DNA from: Thermoplasmata archaeon
Lineage (GTDB): Archaea > Thermoplasmatota > Thermoplasmata > Thermoplasmatales > GCA-001856825
Assembly (NCBI GenBank): GCA_021787125.1
Contig: JAJYMI010000089.1
Location: 1 to 49,246, forward strand
Length of the DNA stretch: 49,246 nucleotides
Direction: 5' to 3'
Position 1 is the first letter of the stretch. Every line of letters begins with the position of its first letter. Of the stretch, positions 39,041-48,504 are shown piece by piece. The notes under the pieces were generated by a model. That model had not been told where the DNA came from. It ran no database searches and saw only the letters and a program-made list of their open reading frames with translations. The translations under genes were made by a program, and so were the position numbers.

Positions 39041-39463
39041 ATGGACGAATTTACAAAAGTGAAGGATCTCAACCAGGGATCCAAAAGAGTGACTGTTTTG
39101 GCAAAAGTTTTGAATGTTGGCGAAGCAAAAGACATACAGACAAGATACGGCGAACAGAAGAAAGTTACCGAGGCAGTCCTAGGCGACGAGACCGGAAAAG
39201 TGACTATGTCACTTTGGAATGAACAAGTGAGTCAGGTAGAGAACGGCGACAGTATTGTCGTAGAGAACGGGTACGTAAGCTTTGTTCGGGGACACATGAG
39301 ACTCAACGTCGGAAAATACGGAGCAATAAAGAAATCCGATTCCGCTGTTGATTCTGTCAATGAGTCTCTCGATATGAGCGAGAAAGAGTATCAGCCCGAC
39401 GAGGTCGACAGAAGACCTAGAAGAAGCTTTAACAACAACAGGAATTTTAGAAGCAGATTCTAA
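39041..39463 (+). CDS. ssb: Single-stranded DNA-binding protein (single OB fold, crenarchaeal/Thermoplasmatales type)
   Basis: KVKDL, GDETG, LWNE, NGYV and LNVGKYG motifs plus a flexible tail. Confidence 0.92.
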   Translation: MDEFTKVKDLNQGSKRVTVLAKVLNVGEAKDIQTRYGEQKKVTEAVLGDETGKVTMSLWNEQVSQVENGDSIVVENGYVSFVRGHMRLNVGKYGAIKKSDSAVDSVNESLDMSEKEYQPDEVDRRPRRSFNNNRNFRSRF

Positions 39464-40089
39464 AGGGAGTAATTTTTCTCAATTATTCCCACACAAAATT
39501 TTCTTTTTTTATCTTTAATTACTATTTCCTCAATGTCAAGTTCCATTTCGAAGATTATGTCATATATTCTCTTCAAGCTGGGGAAGTCGCAGATCTTACA
39601 GTCTAATGGCTCTTTTAACGCTATTTCATCATTTCCGTAATTGAATGAATTCAACTGATAGCGCTGGCAGTTGCTGCCGTACTTGAGTAACACGTTACTA
39701 TTTGTCAACACCTCTACCTTTTCATCGAGCCTTCTCGCTAAAGACGGCAATCCAGTATAATTGTTCTTGAACGTCTTGATGTGGCAGGTCTTGCAGAGTG
39801 TTATGAGGTTCCTGGTGGAATCCGAACCGCCGGCTATCCTTGGTAAGATGTGATGGACTTCAACTTCTACCCTCAGTCTATCGACTCCGTCTTTGTTTTC
39901 AGAAATCATCGGAGATTTCCCACAAATTCTACACTTGTACTCGTCTCTTTCTAGTACAATCAGCTTAGCGGTATTCCAGGGGATACTCGATTCCTCTGAA
40001 GATCCATCTTTATAGTAATCGTAGACTTCTCCGCGGTGAGAATACTTTCTATTCAGTCTCTCTAGTCTATCTCCAACGTCAATCTTCAT
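39460..40089 (-). CDS. HNH endonuclease with uncharacterised C-terminal domain
   Basis: VLERDEYKCRICG...EVHHILPRIAGGSDSTRNLITLCKTCH. Confidence 0.88.
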   Translation of the reverse strand: MKIDVGDRLERLNRKYSHRGEVYDYYKDGSSEESSIPWNTAKLIVLERDEYKCRICGKSPMISENKDGVDRLRVEVEVHHILPRIAGGSDSTRNLITLCKTCHIKTFKNNYTGLPSLARRLDEKVEVLTNSNVLLKYGSNCQRYQLNSFNYGNDEIALKEPLDCKICDFPSLKRIYDIIFEMELDIEEIVIKDKKRKFCVGIIEKNYSL

Positions 40090-40253
40090 CGTAATTCCTG
40101 AATTGTGATTGCATAGTTAACACAATAATAAGACATTTCATGCCTGATCAAGAAATATGGACACACGCAAGGATCGTCCCTATTTGCGCAAGCGTTAGTC
40201 TCAAATCTTAAAGCTAGATTTAATTACTAGTTTATATAACTGGTTGAAAAAGA

Positions 40254-40934
40254 GTGAGCTTCTCAATCTCCGGAATAATCGCGTACATACTTCAAGAATC
40301 CTACTCCATTATGGGTACTCTGGGGCCTACAGGAGTATTCCTATTGATGGTCCTTGAAGGAGTGGGGTTACCATTCCCTTCCGAAGTCATCATGGTTTTC
40401 GGGGGATTTCTGTCAACGGGTAATATCTCTCTGTTTGTGATTTTTGCCCTAGCTGGGTCAATTGGAGGGTTTGTAGGAAACGTGATACTGTTCTACATAG
40501 CTGTTTTCGGAGGAAGGCCATTAATACTTTATCTTGGCAGGTACGCGGGTCTCAAGGAGGAACACCTCATCAAGACAGAGAAATGGTTTGACGCTAGGGG
40601 AGAGTGGACTGTGTTCTTCGGCAGATTCGTTCCGGGTTTCAGATCGTACATGAGCATTCCCGCTGGTATCTCTAGGATGAACATCACGAAGTTTTCGATA
40701 TTCACATTCGCAGGTTCACTCATCTGGTCTACAGCCCTTGCCGCCGGAGGCTATGCTCTGGGGAAATCGTGGGACAGACTGGTTCCAATTGTGACCAATG
40801 TTGGACTCTATTTCTTAGCAATTTTCATCGTTGCTTTCGTCTCTTACTTCTTATATCGCTACTACACTAACAAGCGTGCGAATGAAAAAGGTACTTCATC
40901 AGATCCAACCGAAACGCCAAACAGCAAGAAGTGA
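40254..40934 (+). CDS. DedA family membrane protein
   Basis: LEGxGLPFPSE, GRFVPGFR and PAG motifs. Confidence 0.92.
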   Translation: MSFSISGIIAYILQESYSIMGTLGPTGVFLLMVLEGVGLPFPSEVIMVFGGFLSTGNISLFVIFALAGSIGGFVGNVILFYIAVFGGRPLILYLGRYAGLKEEHLIKTEKWFDARGEWTVFFGRFVPGFRSYMSIPAGISRMNITKFSIFTFAGSLIWSTALAAGGYALGKSWDRLVPIVTNVGLYFLAIFIVAFVSYFLYRYYTNKRANEKGTSSDPTETPNSKK

Positions 40935-40993
40935 CCCCATCACTCCAGTACCAATCTCGGATTAAACTGACCGCAGGTGGTGGCTATCTCTTC

Positions 40994-41638
40994 CTAGAGA
41001 ACTCCGAATGAAATGAAAAAGTAGGCGACAAGTACTGCCGCTATGCTGAACGTGATTCCCCAGTACATCTTGTTCCATGCGAAGACTTTGCTCCCGTCAA
41101 GTGGCGGTATAGGAACGAGATTGAACAGACCGAGCCAGAGATTTATGTAGACCAAGAAGAAGACGGCGGCGAAGACATTTATAGGCATCGAGACGAACAG
41201 CAAGATTGGAAGAAGTGCAATTCCCATCACCAGATTCGCTATCGGACCAGCAAGTGCAATCTTACCTTCCCTGATTGGGTTCCTATAGCTAGCAAAGTAA
41301 ACTGCACCCGGAAGTGCAAACAGAAAACCTATGAGGCCAGTGATTATAGTTAGAACCAATCCCATCGGCCACATTCGAAATTCAGACCAAGCACCATAGT
41401 GTATAGCAGTGAATTTGTGGCTCATCTCGTGTATAAGGAAGGCAGTTATGGTCATCAAGAAACCAATCGCTAGAGCGACCAATAATGCCGGGTGGACGGT
41501 GACTCCATTGACTCTGAAAGATGACCGGACTATAATCAGAAACAAGGCCACAGAAAGCGTGACAACCGAAATAGCAATATCTTGTAACTCCTTCTTCGAG
41601 AAGTTGCTTTTCTTGTAAGTAACTGTGTATGTGGCCAT
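40994..41638 (-). CDS. Site-2 protease family (M50) Zn metalloprotease
   Basis: HEMSH, PGAV, AGPIAN and FNLVPIPPLDGSK motifs. Confidence 0.92.
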   Translation of the reverse strand: MATYTVTYKKSNFSKKELQDIAISVVTLSVALFLIIVRSSFRVNGVTVHPALLVALAIGFLMTITAFLIHEMSHKFTAIHYGAWSEFRMWPMGLVLTIITGLIGFLFALPGAVYFASYRNPIREGKIALAGPIANLVMGIALLPILLFVSMPINVFAAVFFLVYINLWLGLFNLVPIPPLDGSKVFAWNKMYWGITFSIAAVLVAYFFISFGVL

Positions 41639-41724
41639 CTGTCCTAGAGTAGAATTAGCATATTAAACCTGATTAGTCACATTGGGAAATACAGGGTCGT
41701 CCTCGCAAGATATTTATTAAATAA

Positions 41725-42618
41725 TTGAGTGAGTCATTCATGGAGAAAGCAGGAATGATCAGTAGGATATGGCCAATAGTCTTGACTGGATTGGTACTGA
41801 TCGCCATTGTTTTCTTCCTAACGAAAGTAGTTTCAATAATACCACTCACTTACAGGCCCTATACAGGCGACATTCAAGCTCTTCTCTTCGGAATCATTCT
41901 TTACATAGTACTGAGATTCATTCTCAAGACTCTTCAAGCTGCCCTTGAACGGAGAATTCAGAAGAAGTACGTGCGACCTTTGATATTCCTGGTATCAATC
42001 GTTGGGTACTTTGTAATTCTTCTCGCCATCCTTGCGCTGCTAGGAGTTGACCTAAGCTCGATAATTCTAGGCAGCGCATTTGCAGGTGCCATAATAGGAC
42101 TCGCAGCACAACAGATCCTTTCAAATTTCTTCAGCGGGATACTGCTGATCTGGTCAAGACCGTTTGTTCCAGGAGACTACATCGAGTTCAACTCGTGGCA
42201 GTATTCCTACATGCTTCCATCCTACCCTCCAAAATATCTGTCCAGAGACGAGTTCAGGTGGAAGATTTCAGGTAAAGTTGATGACATTTCGATGAACTTC
42301 ACAACCATTATCGAAGATGATGGGACCGTTCTTAAGCTACCAAACAGTATAATGATTCAGGGGGCAACCACAGTAAATCCAATAAGAAACAAGATACAAG
42401 TGAGGACCGAGCTGATGAAGAACGTTGACTATGAAGAACTTAAAAAGAATGTCGAATCCATAGCTTCTAAGATCAGGGAAATAACAGATTTCAGGACGAG
42501 CGTAGAGGAGATTGGAAGGGAGACCTACCTTGTGAAAATCACTCTTAGGGTCACCGGTGAAGATTCGGAAGGAATCAGGGCGAGGTTCATGGAAAGCCTG
42601 CTCGCTGCTGGAAGATGA
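41725..42618 (+). CDS. mscS: Small-conductance mechanosensitive channel
   Basis: GLAAQQILSNFFSG, RPFxxGD and LPNS motifs; alternative ATG at 41740. Confidence 0.9.
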   Translation: MSESFMEKAGMISRIWPIVLTGLVLIAIVFFLTKVVSIIPLTYRPYTGDIQALLFGIILYIVLRFILKTLQAALERRIQKKYVRPLIFLVSIVGYFVILLAILALLGVDLSSIILGSAFAGAIIGLAAQQILSNFFSGILLIWSRPFVPGDYIEFNSWQYSYMLPSYPPKYLSRDEFRWKISGKVDDISMNFTTIIEDDGTVLKLPNSIMIQGATTVNPIRNKIQVRTELMKNVDYEELKKNVESIASKIREITDFRTSVEEIGRETYLVKITLRVTGEDSEGIRARFMESLLAAGR

Positions 42619-42705
42619 CTATTCATTATTTGCTCTTCAATACTGTAAAAAACTAACAAAATCTTTTATCCAATATTGATAATCGGTTTAGGGAGTGGAA
42701 AATGT

Positions 42706-43365
42706 ATGGTTAAGTTAACGTGGTATGGACATGCCGCATGGCAGATAGACTTTCAAGAAACGGTCGTCCTGGTTGATCCCTTTCTGAGAAACAATCCAAA
42801 ATCACCAATAAAGCCCGAGGACCTAAAAAAAATCGACTTTGTTGTTGTTACCCACAATCACGATGATCACTTGGGTGATGCGTTTGAGATCACAAAGAAT
42901 AAGGGTGCTAAACTCGTTTCGATGTTTGAGAACGTACTGCCCGCCTCGAAGGAGAACATTCCAGACGAGAATCTGATGGGAATGAACATTGGAAACCAGG
43001 TTGATTTCGGGAAGGTAAAGATCGGCCTGGTCCCTGCTGTGCACAGCGGGAACTGTGCAGGTGCAGTAATAACTGCAGATGGAGTGACAATATATCACGC
43101 TGGTGACACCGGTCTCTTCGGGGACATGAAGCTGATCGGACAAATGTACAGGCCAAAAGTCTCACTGCTGCCAACAGGTGGTTTTTTCACAATGGGACCA
43201 AAAGAAGCAGCGATGGCCGCGAGGATGATTGGATCAGAGATAGTCATTCCAATGCACTATGGGACTTTCCCACCCATAGACTCGAATCCCAATGAGCTTC
43301 GGACTGCGTTAGGAGAGGAGTTCAAGGTGCCCATTCTCAAACCTGGCGAGTCGTTCATGGTTTAG
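42706..43365 (+). CDS. Metallo-beta-lactamase fold hydrolase (UPF0173/UlaG-like)
   Basis: WYGHA, DPF, THNHDDH, AVHS, YHAGDT and PMHY motifs. Confidence 0.9.
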   Translation: MVKLTWYGHAAWQIDFQETVVLVDPFLRNNPKSPIKPEDLKKIDFVVVTHNHDDHLGDAFEITKNKGAKLVSMFENVLPASKENIPDENLMGMNIGNQVDFGKVKIGLVPAVHSGNCAGAVITADGVTIYHAGDTGLFGDMKLIGQMYRPKVSLLPTGGFFTMGPKEAAMAARMIGSEIVIPMHYGTFPPIDSNPNELRTALGEEFKVPILKPGESFMV

Positions 43366-43399
43366 GCAAAGAATAAATTTCATAACATCCTATTCTGTC

Positions 43400-44341
43400 G
43401 TGTCCAGCGGATACTATCTTGGTTTCGACGTCGGGGGAACAAAGATCACTGCCGTTCTGGCGTCAAGAGAAGGAAAGATAAAGAAGAGGATCGAGGCCAA
43501 GACAAGAAAATTGAAGGGGGTCACTGACCTAATAAATCAAATTCATACTCTCGGCGAACAGTTCGATAACTTCGACGACATTGGGGTGATTTTTCCAGCT
43601 CCTATCTCAAGCAAGGGGATCTCGCTTTTCGCACCGAACCTGATGGGATGGAACGAAGTTAACGTCAAAGAAAGGCTTGAAAGAGCATTTCAGAGAGATG
43701 TCTTTGTTGACAACGACGCAACCGCTCAGGCAATTTCTGTAAAGTTGTTTGATAAAGGGAGGAAATACGGGAACTTTATCTATCTCGTAGTCGGAACTGG
43801 CATCGGTGGAGGGATATTCATCGACAACAAGATCTATAGAGGCGGTAATGGCTATGCCGGTGAACTCGGTCACACGGTAATTCTGACTAATGGTCCAGTG
43901 TGTGGCTGTGGAAGAAGAGGATGTATCGAATCTCTTGCTTCCGGGCGTGCCATGGCAAGGAGAGCAACAGAGAATTCCAAAGAGATTAGAAATTCTCCAT
44001 TCTTGTCATCAATACCACTAGAGAGATTGTCGGCTGAAGACCTCTTCAGCGGCAGGGAAATGGGAGACCCTTTTTGCACCTTGCTGGTAGATGAATCAAT
44101 TTATTATCTCTCAGTCGCAATTGCAAACTACATTAACGAGTTCGATCCAGAGGCAATATTTCTAGGAGGGGGGCTCATGAAGAACGATCCGTCGTTGATT
44201 TCGGAACTTAAAGAGTCAGTCGAAAATGAGTCAGGCAAATATTCAAGAAATGTACCGATCATAAAGGTAGCAGACCGTACGGTAGAACTTGCACCAATTG
44301 CTCTTTCTGTCTACGAGTCTACCAATCACACACCTGACTGA
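43400..44341 (+). CDS. ROK family sugar kinase (glucokinase-like)
   Basis: DVGGTK, NDA, GTGIGGG, AGELGH and CGCGxxGCxE motifs; no N-terminal HTH. Confidence 0.9.
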   Translation: MSSGYYLGFDVGGTKITAVLASREGKIKKRIEAKTRKLKGVTDLINQIHTLGEQFDNFDDIGVIFPAPISSKGISLFAPNLMGWNEVNVKERLERAFQRDVFVDNDATAQAISVKLFDKGRKYGNFIYLVVGTGIGGGIFIDNKIYRGGNGYAGELGHTVILTNGPVCGCGRRGCIESLASGRAMARRATENSKEIRNSPFLSSIPLERLSAEDLFSGREMGDPFCTLLVDESIYYLSVAIANYINEFDPEAIFLGGGLMKNDPSLISELKESVENESGKYSRNVPIIKVADRTVELAPIALSVYESTNHTPD

Positions 44342-44426
44342 GGCCAATTTTCGATATTCAGACTGACGGTTCTTACAGCTAGCTCGGTTGAGAAATGTTT
44401 TTAGACATAGTTCAATGAATATCCAT

Positions 44427-45605
44427 ATGACACGAATTAAAGATATTGAAATTATGGAACTGGGGGAGGAGGGTGAAAAATCCAGTCCATGGAGTTCTAC
44501 AATACTAGTTCTGAAGTTGGTCACAAGCGATGGAGAAATAGGTTATGGGGAAGCGCCGACCACTCTGATGACTAGACCAGTTTATGAGGAGATGAGGGAG
44601 GTCGGAAGGGTATTCTTGAACAAAGAGATCGAGGAGATAAGAAGGAATTACCTAGAGTTCTACAAGCACTCCTTTTACCTTCCAGTTTCCATGGAATCTA
44701 CCGCAGCACTGAGTGCTTTTGAAATCGCTTCTTGGGACGCAGTAGGCAAGGAATATGGTGCTCCCATCTACGATTTGCTGGGGGGGAAAGTGAGAGACAA
44801 TGTGAGGGCTTATGCAAACGGCTGGTATGATAACTGCATCTCCCCTCAAGATTTTCTCACCAAGGCGAAAGAAGTGGAACGCCTCGGATTTACGGCTGCA
44901 AAGTTCGATCCATTTGGTCCCAATTATGATAAGATAAATGGGGAAGGGGTGGGTAAAGCAAGGAAAATAATAGAGGCTCTAAAGGACCGAACAAAGCTGG
45001 ACCTGATGGTCGAATGCCATGGCAGATTTTCTGCAAATTCTGCAATCCGCGTGGCGGAGGGCATCGAGGATCTCGAACCATTTTTTGTCGAGGAACCAGT
45101 TCATCCGGATCAGTTCTCCGGACTCAAGAGGTTAAGGGAACGAACGGACGTAAGGATAGCTCTCGGTGAAAGAGTACTAAACAAGAATCTCTTTTTGCCC
45201 TATTTGACGGCAGATTTGGTCGATGTGATTCAGCCAGATGTAACGAACGTTGGAGGTATAATTCAGGGGAGAGAGTCTGCCTCACTCGCTGATTCATTTG
45301 GAGTGGAAGTGGCATATCATAATGCCTTTGGGCCCATCCAAACCGCGGCCACCCTACATCTGGACTACAACATTCCAAACTTCCTGATTCAGGAGAGTTT
45401 TGAAAAGTTTTGGCCTAAATGGAAGAAGAGTCTCGTGAAATCAGGTTACAAATTGGAGGGTGGTAATTTTACTTTGAGTGGAAAACCGGGTCTGGGTATA
45501 GAGATTGACGAAAAGGTCCTAAAAGAATACAAGACGGATAGAATTGAGCCCTTCAACCCAGATGAGCCACCGTGGGTAGTCAAAGGCACGTTCACGAAGG
45601 GATGA
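44427..45605 (+). CDS. gad: Gluconate (aldonate) dehydratase, mandelate racemase/enolase superfamily
   Basis: YANGWY, KFDPFG, ECHGRF, EEP, GER, QPD, HNAFGP and PGLG motifs; adjacent to glucose dehydrogenase; ATG at 44427 preferred. Confidence 0.85.
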   Translation: MTRIKDIEIMELGEEGEKSSPWSSTILVLKLVTSDGEIGYGEAPTTLMTRPVYEEMREVGRVFLNKEIEEIRRNYLEFYKHSFYLPVSMESTAALSAFEIASWDAVGKEYGAPIYDLLGGKVRDNVRAYANGWYDNCISPQDFLTKAKEVERLGFTAAKFDPFGPNYDKINGEGVGKARKIIEALKDRTKLDLMVECHGRFSANSAIRVAEGIEDLEPFFVEEPVHPDQFSGLKRLRERTDVRIALGERVLNKNLFLPYLTADLVDVIQPDVTNVGGIIQGRESASLADSFGVEVAYHNAFGPIQTAATLHLDYNIPNFLIQESFEKFWPKWKKSLVKSGYKLEGGNFTLSGKPGLGIEIDEKVLKEYKTDRIEPFNPDEPPWVVKGTFTKG

Positions 45606-46225
45606 ATTCTTTGAAGTTTTACGACCTTTCAGTTCCAATCGCGGATGGTATGCCATATTTCAAGGGGGATCCTGTTCCTGAGATAAGGCAGTTCAGGAGA
45701 ATAGATGTTGACGGATACAACGTAAAAGAAATGAAAATTGGAACACACACAGGGACGCACCTGGATGCTCCTGCGCACTTCATTAAGAATGGGAAAACGA
45801 TAGATCGACTCGAACTGGGAGACCTGCAAGGAAGCGCTACGTGTGTTCCATATGACCCAAAGAAGGGGTTGCGACTCCCAGAGGAGCACTACGATGTCAT
45901 TTTTCTTTATACGGGATACAATAATGGATGGGGCAAGATCAAGATTTTCGAAAATTTCAGCTACATAGACAAGGAGGATGCAGAACTCCTCAAGAGCTAC
46001 GGACCAAAGCTCGTTGGAATAGACTCCCCGTCCGCTGAAGTGCAGAATTCGAAGGGGTTCGAAACACACCACATCCTGCTGGGCAGCTCAATACCCATCG
46101 TCGAAAATCTAAACTCTTTGACACTATCCTATCTGGTAAACCGTAAATTTTCAGTCCAGGTCATTCCCATTCTTGTCCAGGATGGAGATGGGGCTCCAGC
46201 CAGGGTCATTGCAATGGAGGGATAG
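45602..46225 (+). CDS. Cyclase-family (KynB-like) metal-dependent hydrolase
   Basis: HTGTHLDAPAH, GIDSPS, HxxLL, IVENL and DGAPARV motifs; ATGA overlap with the gad stop. Confidence 0.9.
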   Translation: MNSLKFYDLSVPIADGMPYFKGDPVPEIRQFRRIDVDGYNVKEMKIGTHTGTHLDAPAHFIKNGKTIDRLELGDLQGSATCVPYDPKKGLRLPEEHYDVIFLYTGYNNGWGKIKIFENFSYIDKEDAELLKSYGPKLVGIDSPSAEVQNSKGFETHHILLGSSIPIVENLNSLTLSYLVNRKFSVQVIPILVQDGDGAPARVIAMEG

Positions 46226-46227
46226 AT

Positions 46228-47295
46228 TTGAAAGCGATCACTACTATTCCGCCGGGAGGCGGTGTCAAACTCTCTCAAGTAAGTCTAGAAAATACAAAGG
46301 GGGTCAGAGTCAAGACATACCGCACAGGCATATGCGGGACGGATAAGGAAATAGCACAGGGAAAATTGACCTTTGCGAGGCCAGAAATTGGGAGCTCTCT
46401 TGTCATGGGACACGAAGCTGTTGGAATCATAGCCGAATCTGTCGAAGATTCCACTTTCAAGGAGGGAGACATTGTGGTACCTATGGTCAGGCGACCAGGA
46501 GGGTGTAGAATGTGCAGATTAGGACGACAGGACTACTGTGAGGACGGTGACTTCGTTGAAGCCGGAATAAGAGGCAAGAATGGTTTCATGAGAGAGGAGT
46601 TCATCGATGATCCTAGATTCCTGGTGAAGGTAGATAACCCCTCGATCCGAGACCTGGCAGTCCTAACCGAGCCGTTAAAAAACGTAATGAAGATGGAAGA
46701 GACTTTCCAGTTCCTCAGAACTAGAATACCTTGGTACTGCGAAGATTCGACGCTTTCGTGTAAGAATATGTATGTTTTTGGAACCGGAACGGAGGGTCTG
46801 TTGATATCGATCGTCTTCAAGTCACTGGGTATGAATGTCGTTGCGGTCAACAGGCATCCTCTTAGTGAGAACGTAATGGATTTCCTTGATAGGAACAGGA
46901 TAGATTATCTCGATACCTCATCAGAGAAACTCGACGCCAAGGTCAAAGACCTACCAATGGATGCAGCCATCGATGCAGTGGGAGCGATGGATGTTTTGAA
47001 AGAGATAACGGACAACGTAAGTAACAACGGGATTGCGATAATGTTCGGTACGAGTGGCCAGCTTCCTTCTCACAACTTTGACGTGTTGGAACGAATAGTT
47101 GATAGAAATATAGTAGTGGTCGGTAGCGTCGATGGTGCTAAGAACCACTATGCAGAGGCAATTGATTTCATAGAGACTCACGGAAAGGCAATGCAGATGG
47201 ACAGGATCATCACAGGAAAATATCAACCGGAGGAGCTGAATATATTTACAGAGAAGGAAAAAGGGGAGATAAAAAAAGTAATAGCTTGGTCGTGA
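46228..47295 (+). CDS. gdh: Glucose 1-dehydrogenase (Zn-dependent MDR)
   Basis: GICGTD, GHE, VRRPxxCxxC, EAGIRG, LTEPL and GTGTEG motifs typical of archaeal GDH. Confidence 0.88.
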   Translation: MKAITTIPPGGGVKLSQVSLENTKGVRVKTYRTGICGTDKEIAQGKLTFARPEIGSSLVMGHEAVGIIAESVEDSTFKEGDIVVPMVRRPGGCRMCRLGRQDYCEDGDFVEAGIRGKNGFMREEFIDDPRFLVKVDNPSIRDLAVLTEPLKNVMKMEETFQFLRTRIPWYCEDSTLSCKNMYVFGTGTEGLLISIVFKSLGMNVVAVNRHPLSENVMDFLDRNRIDYLDTSSEKLDAKVKDLPMDAAIDAVGAMDVLKEITDNVSNNGIAIMFGTSGQLPSHNFDVLERIVDRNIVVVGSVDGAKNHYAEAIDFIETHGKAMQMDRIITGKYQPEELNIFTEKEKGEIKKVIAWS

Positions 47296-47317
47296 TTCAC
47301 TCTCCAGGAGCTAAAGC

Positions 47318-48496
47318 TTGAAGAGTGGTCTTCGAAACATCTACATCTACACTTTCTTTTACTCATTTCTCCTCCTAAATCCAATCTGGGTATTGTACCT
47401 CTTAAATTTGGGGTATAGCATTTTTTATGTGACCATACTAGACGTGGTATTCTATATCACAATCGTCTTGGCCAGCATTCCTATGGGTAGAATCACCGAC
47501 TCCATAGGAAGAAGAAATGCACTCTTCATATCCTCAATTCTGACGGGCATCGGGATAATATTCTTCGGCCTGTTTCAGTCGTTTCTTGGCATTGCCATCA
47601 GCTATGCGGTCTGGGGAATAGGTGTGGCGATAAACAACAGTGCTCTAGAGAGTGTCAGTTTCGAATACTCCAAGTCCCACGATTTGAGATACCTCCAGCT
47701 CATCGGTATGGTCAATTTTATTTCTGCAGTATCAGTTGCGGTGGCGTCGCTTCTTGGGGGGTACATGGGGGAATACACGGGACTTCGGATCGTGGTATTT
47801 GCCACAGGAGTGATGGTCCTGCTTTCCTCTTTCTATACACTCAAACTGAGAGAGAGAAAGAGGGAAAATGCCCATGGTACCTTGGTTCTAAAACTCGGAA
47901 ATTATGTAAGAGATAGGAGGATCATGAGCATAATTCTGCTTCGAGTTGCACTCTTACTGAACTTCAACATGATGATCATATTCAAACAGCCCTACTACAA
48001 AGAAATGGGGATAGGGACCGGGTTGATAGGAGTGATTTTCTTCGCAGATGTTCTCCTGAGGGGACTGGCGTCGCTCAGCACACAAAGGCTCGCATTCATC
48101 GCAAAGAACAGGTTTTTTGCTATGCTTCTTTTCACTTCCCTTACCTTCTTCACGATATACATCCCGGGTTTAGTTGAGAATCTCGCATCGTTGGCTTTCC
48201 TGATACTCAATTCGATAATATTTGGTTTCTATTCGAACATCCTGAGCGAGGAGGTAAACGTCATGGTTCCCTCAGAAGTGAGGGCTACGGTGCTATCCGT
48301 AATTTTCCTCGTCAGCGCACTCTTTACTGCCCTTGCAGAGCCTTTTCTGGGTTATTCGGCTTCAGTTATAGGCTTGGAAAAGACTCTCCTGATCTTCAGT
48401 GCAATATTTCTGATAATCTCAACGGCAGCAATATTTATTCATATACTTGGCAGGGAGAACAGTAACTTCAAGCTGGTCTCGACCAATGATAGATAG
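47318..48496 (+). CDS. MFS transporter
   Basis: About 12 TM with motif A GRITDSIGRR and PSEVRATVLS. Confidence 0.9.
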   Translation: MKSGLRNIYIYTFFYSFLLLNPIWVLYLLNLGYSIFYVTILDVVFYITIVLASIPMGRITDSIGRRNALFISSILTGIGIIFFGLFQSFLGIAISYAVWGIGVAINNSALESVSFEYSKSHDLRYLQLIGMVNFISAVSVAVASLLGGYMGEYTGLRIVVFATGVMVLLSSFYTLKLRERKRENAHGTLVLKLGNYVRDRRIMSIILLRVALLLNFNMMIIFKQPYYKEMGIGTGLIGVIFFADVLLRGLASLSTQRLAFIAKNRFFAMLLFTSLTFFTIYIPGLVENLASLAFLILNSIIFGFYSNILSEEVNVMVPSEVRATVLSVIFLVSALFTALAEPFLGYSASVIGLEKTLLIFSAIFLIISTAAIFIHILGRENSNFKLVSTNDR

Positions 48497-48504
48497 GTTC
48501 GAAC

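Noticed and set aside
39460-40250. HNH gene as an RNA-guided (IscB/Tas-like) or homing nuclease system
   Set aside because: No RuvC or Nop domain, repeat array or intron/intein context visible; kept only as an unexplained stand-alone nuclease
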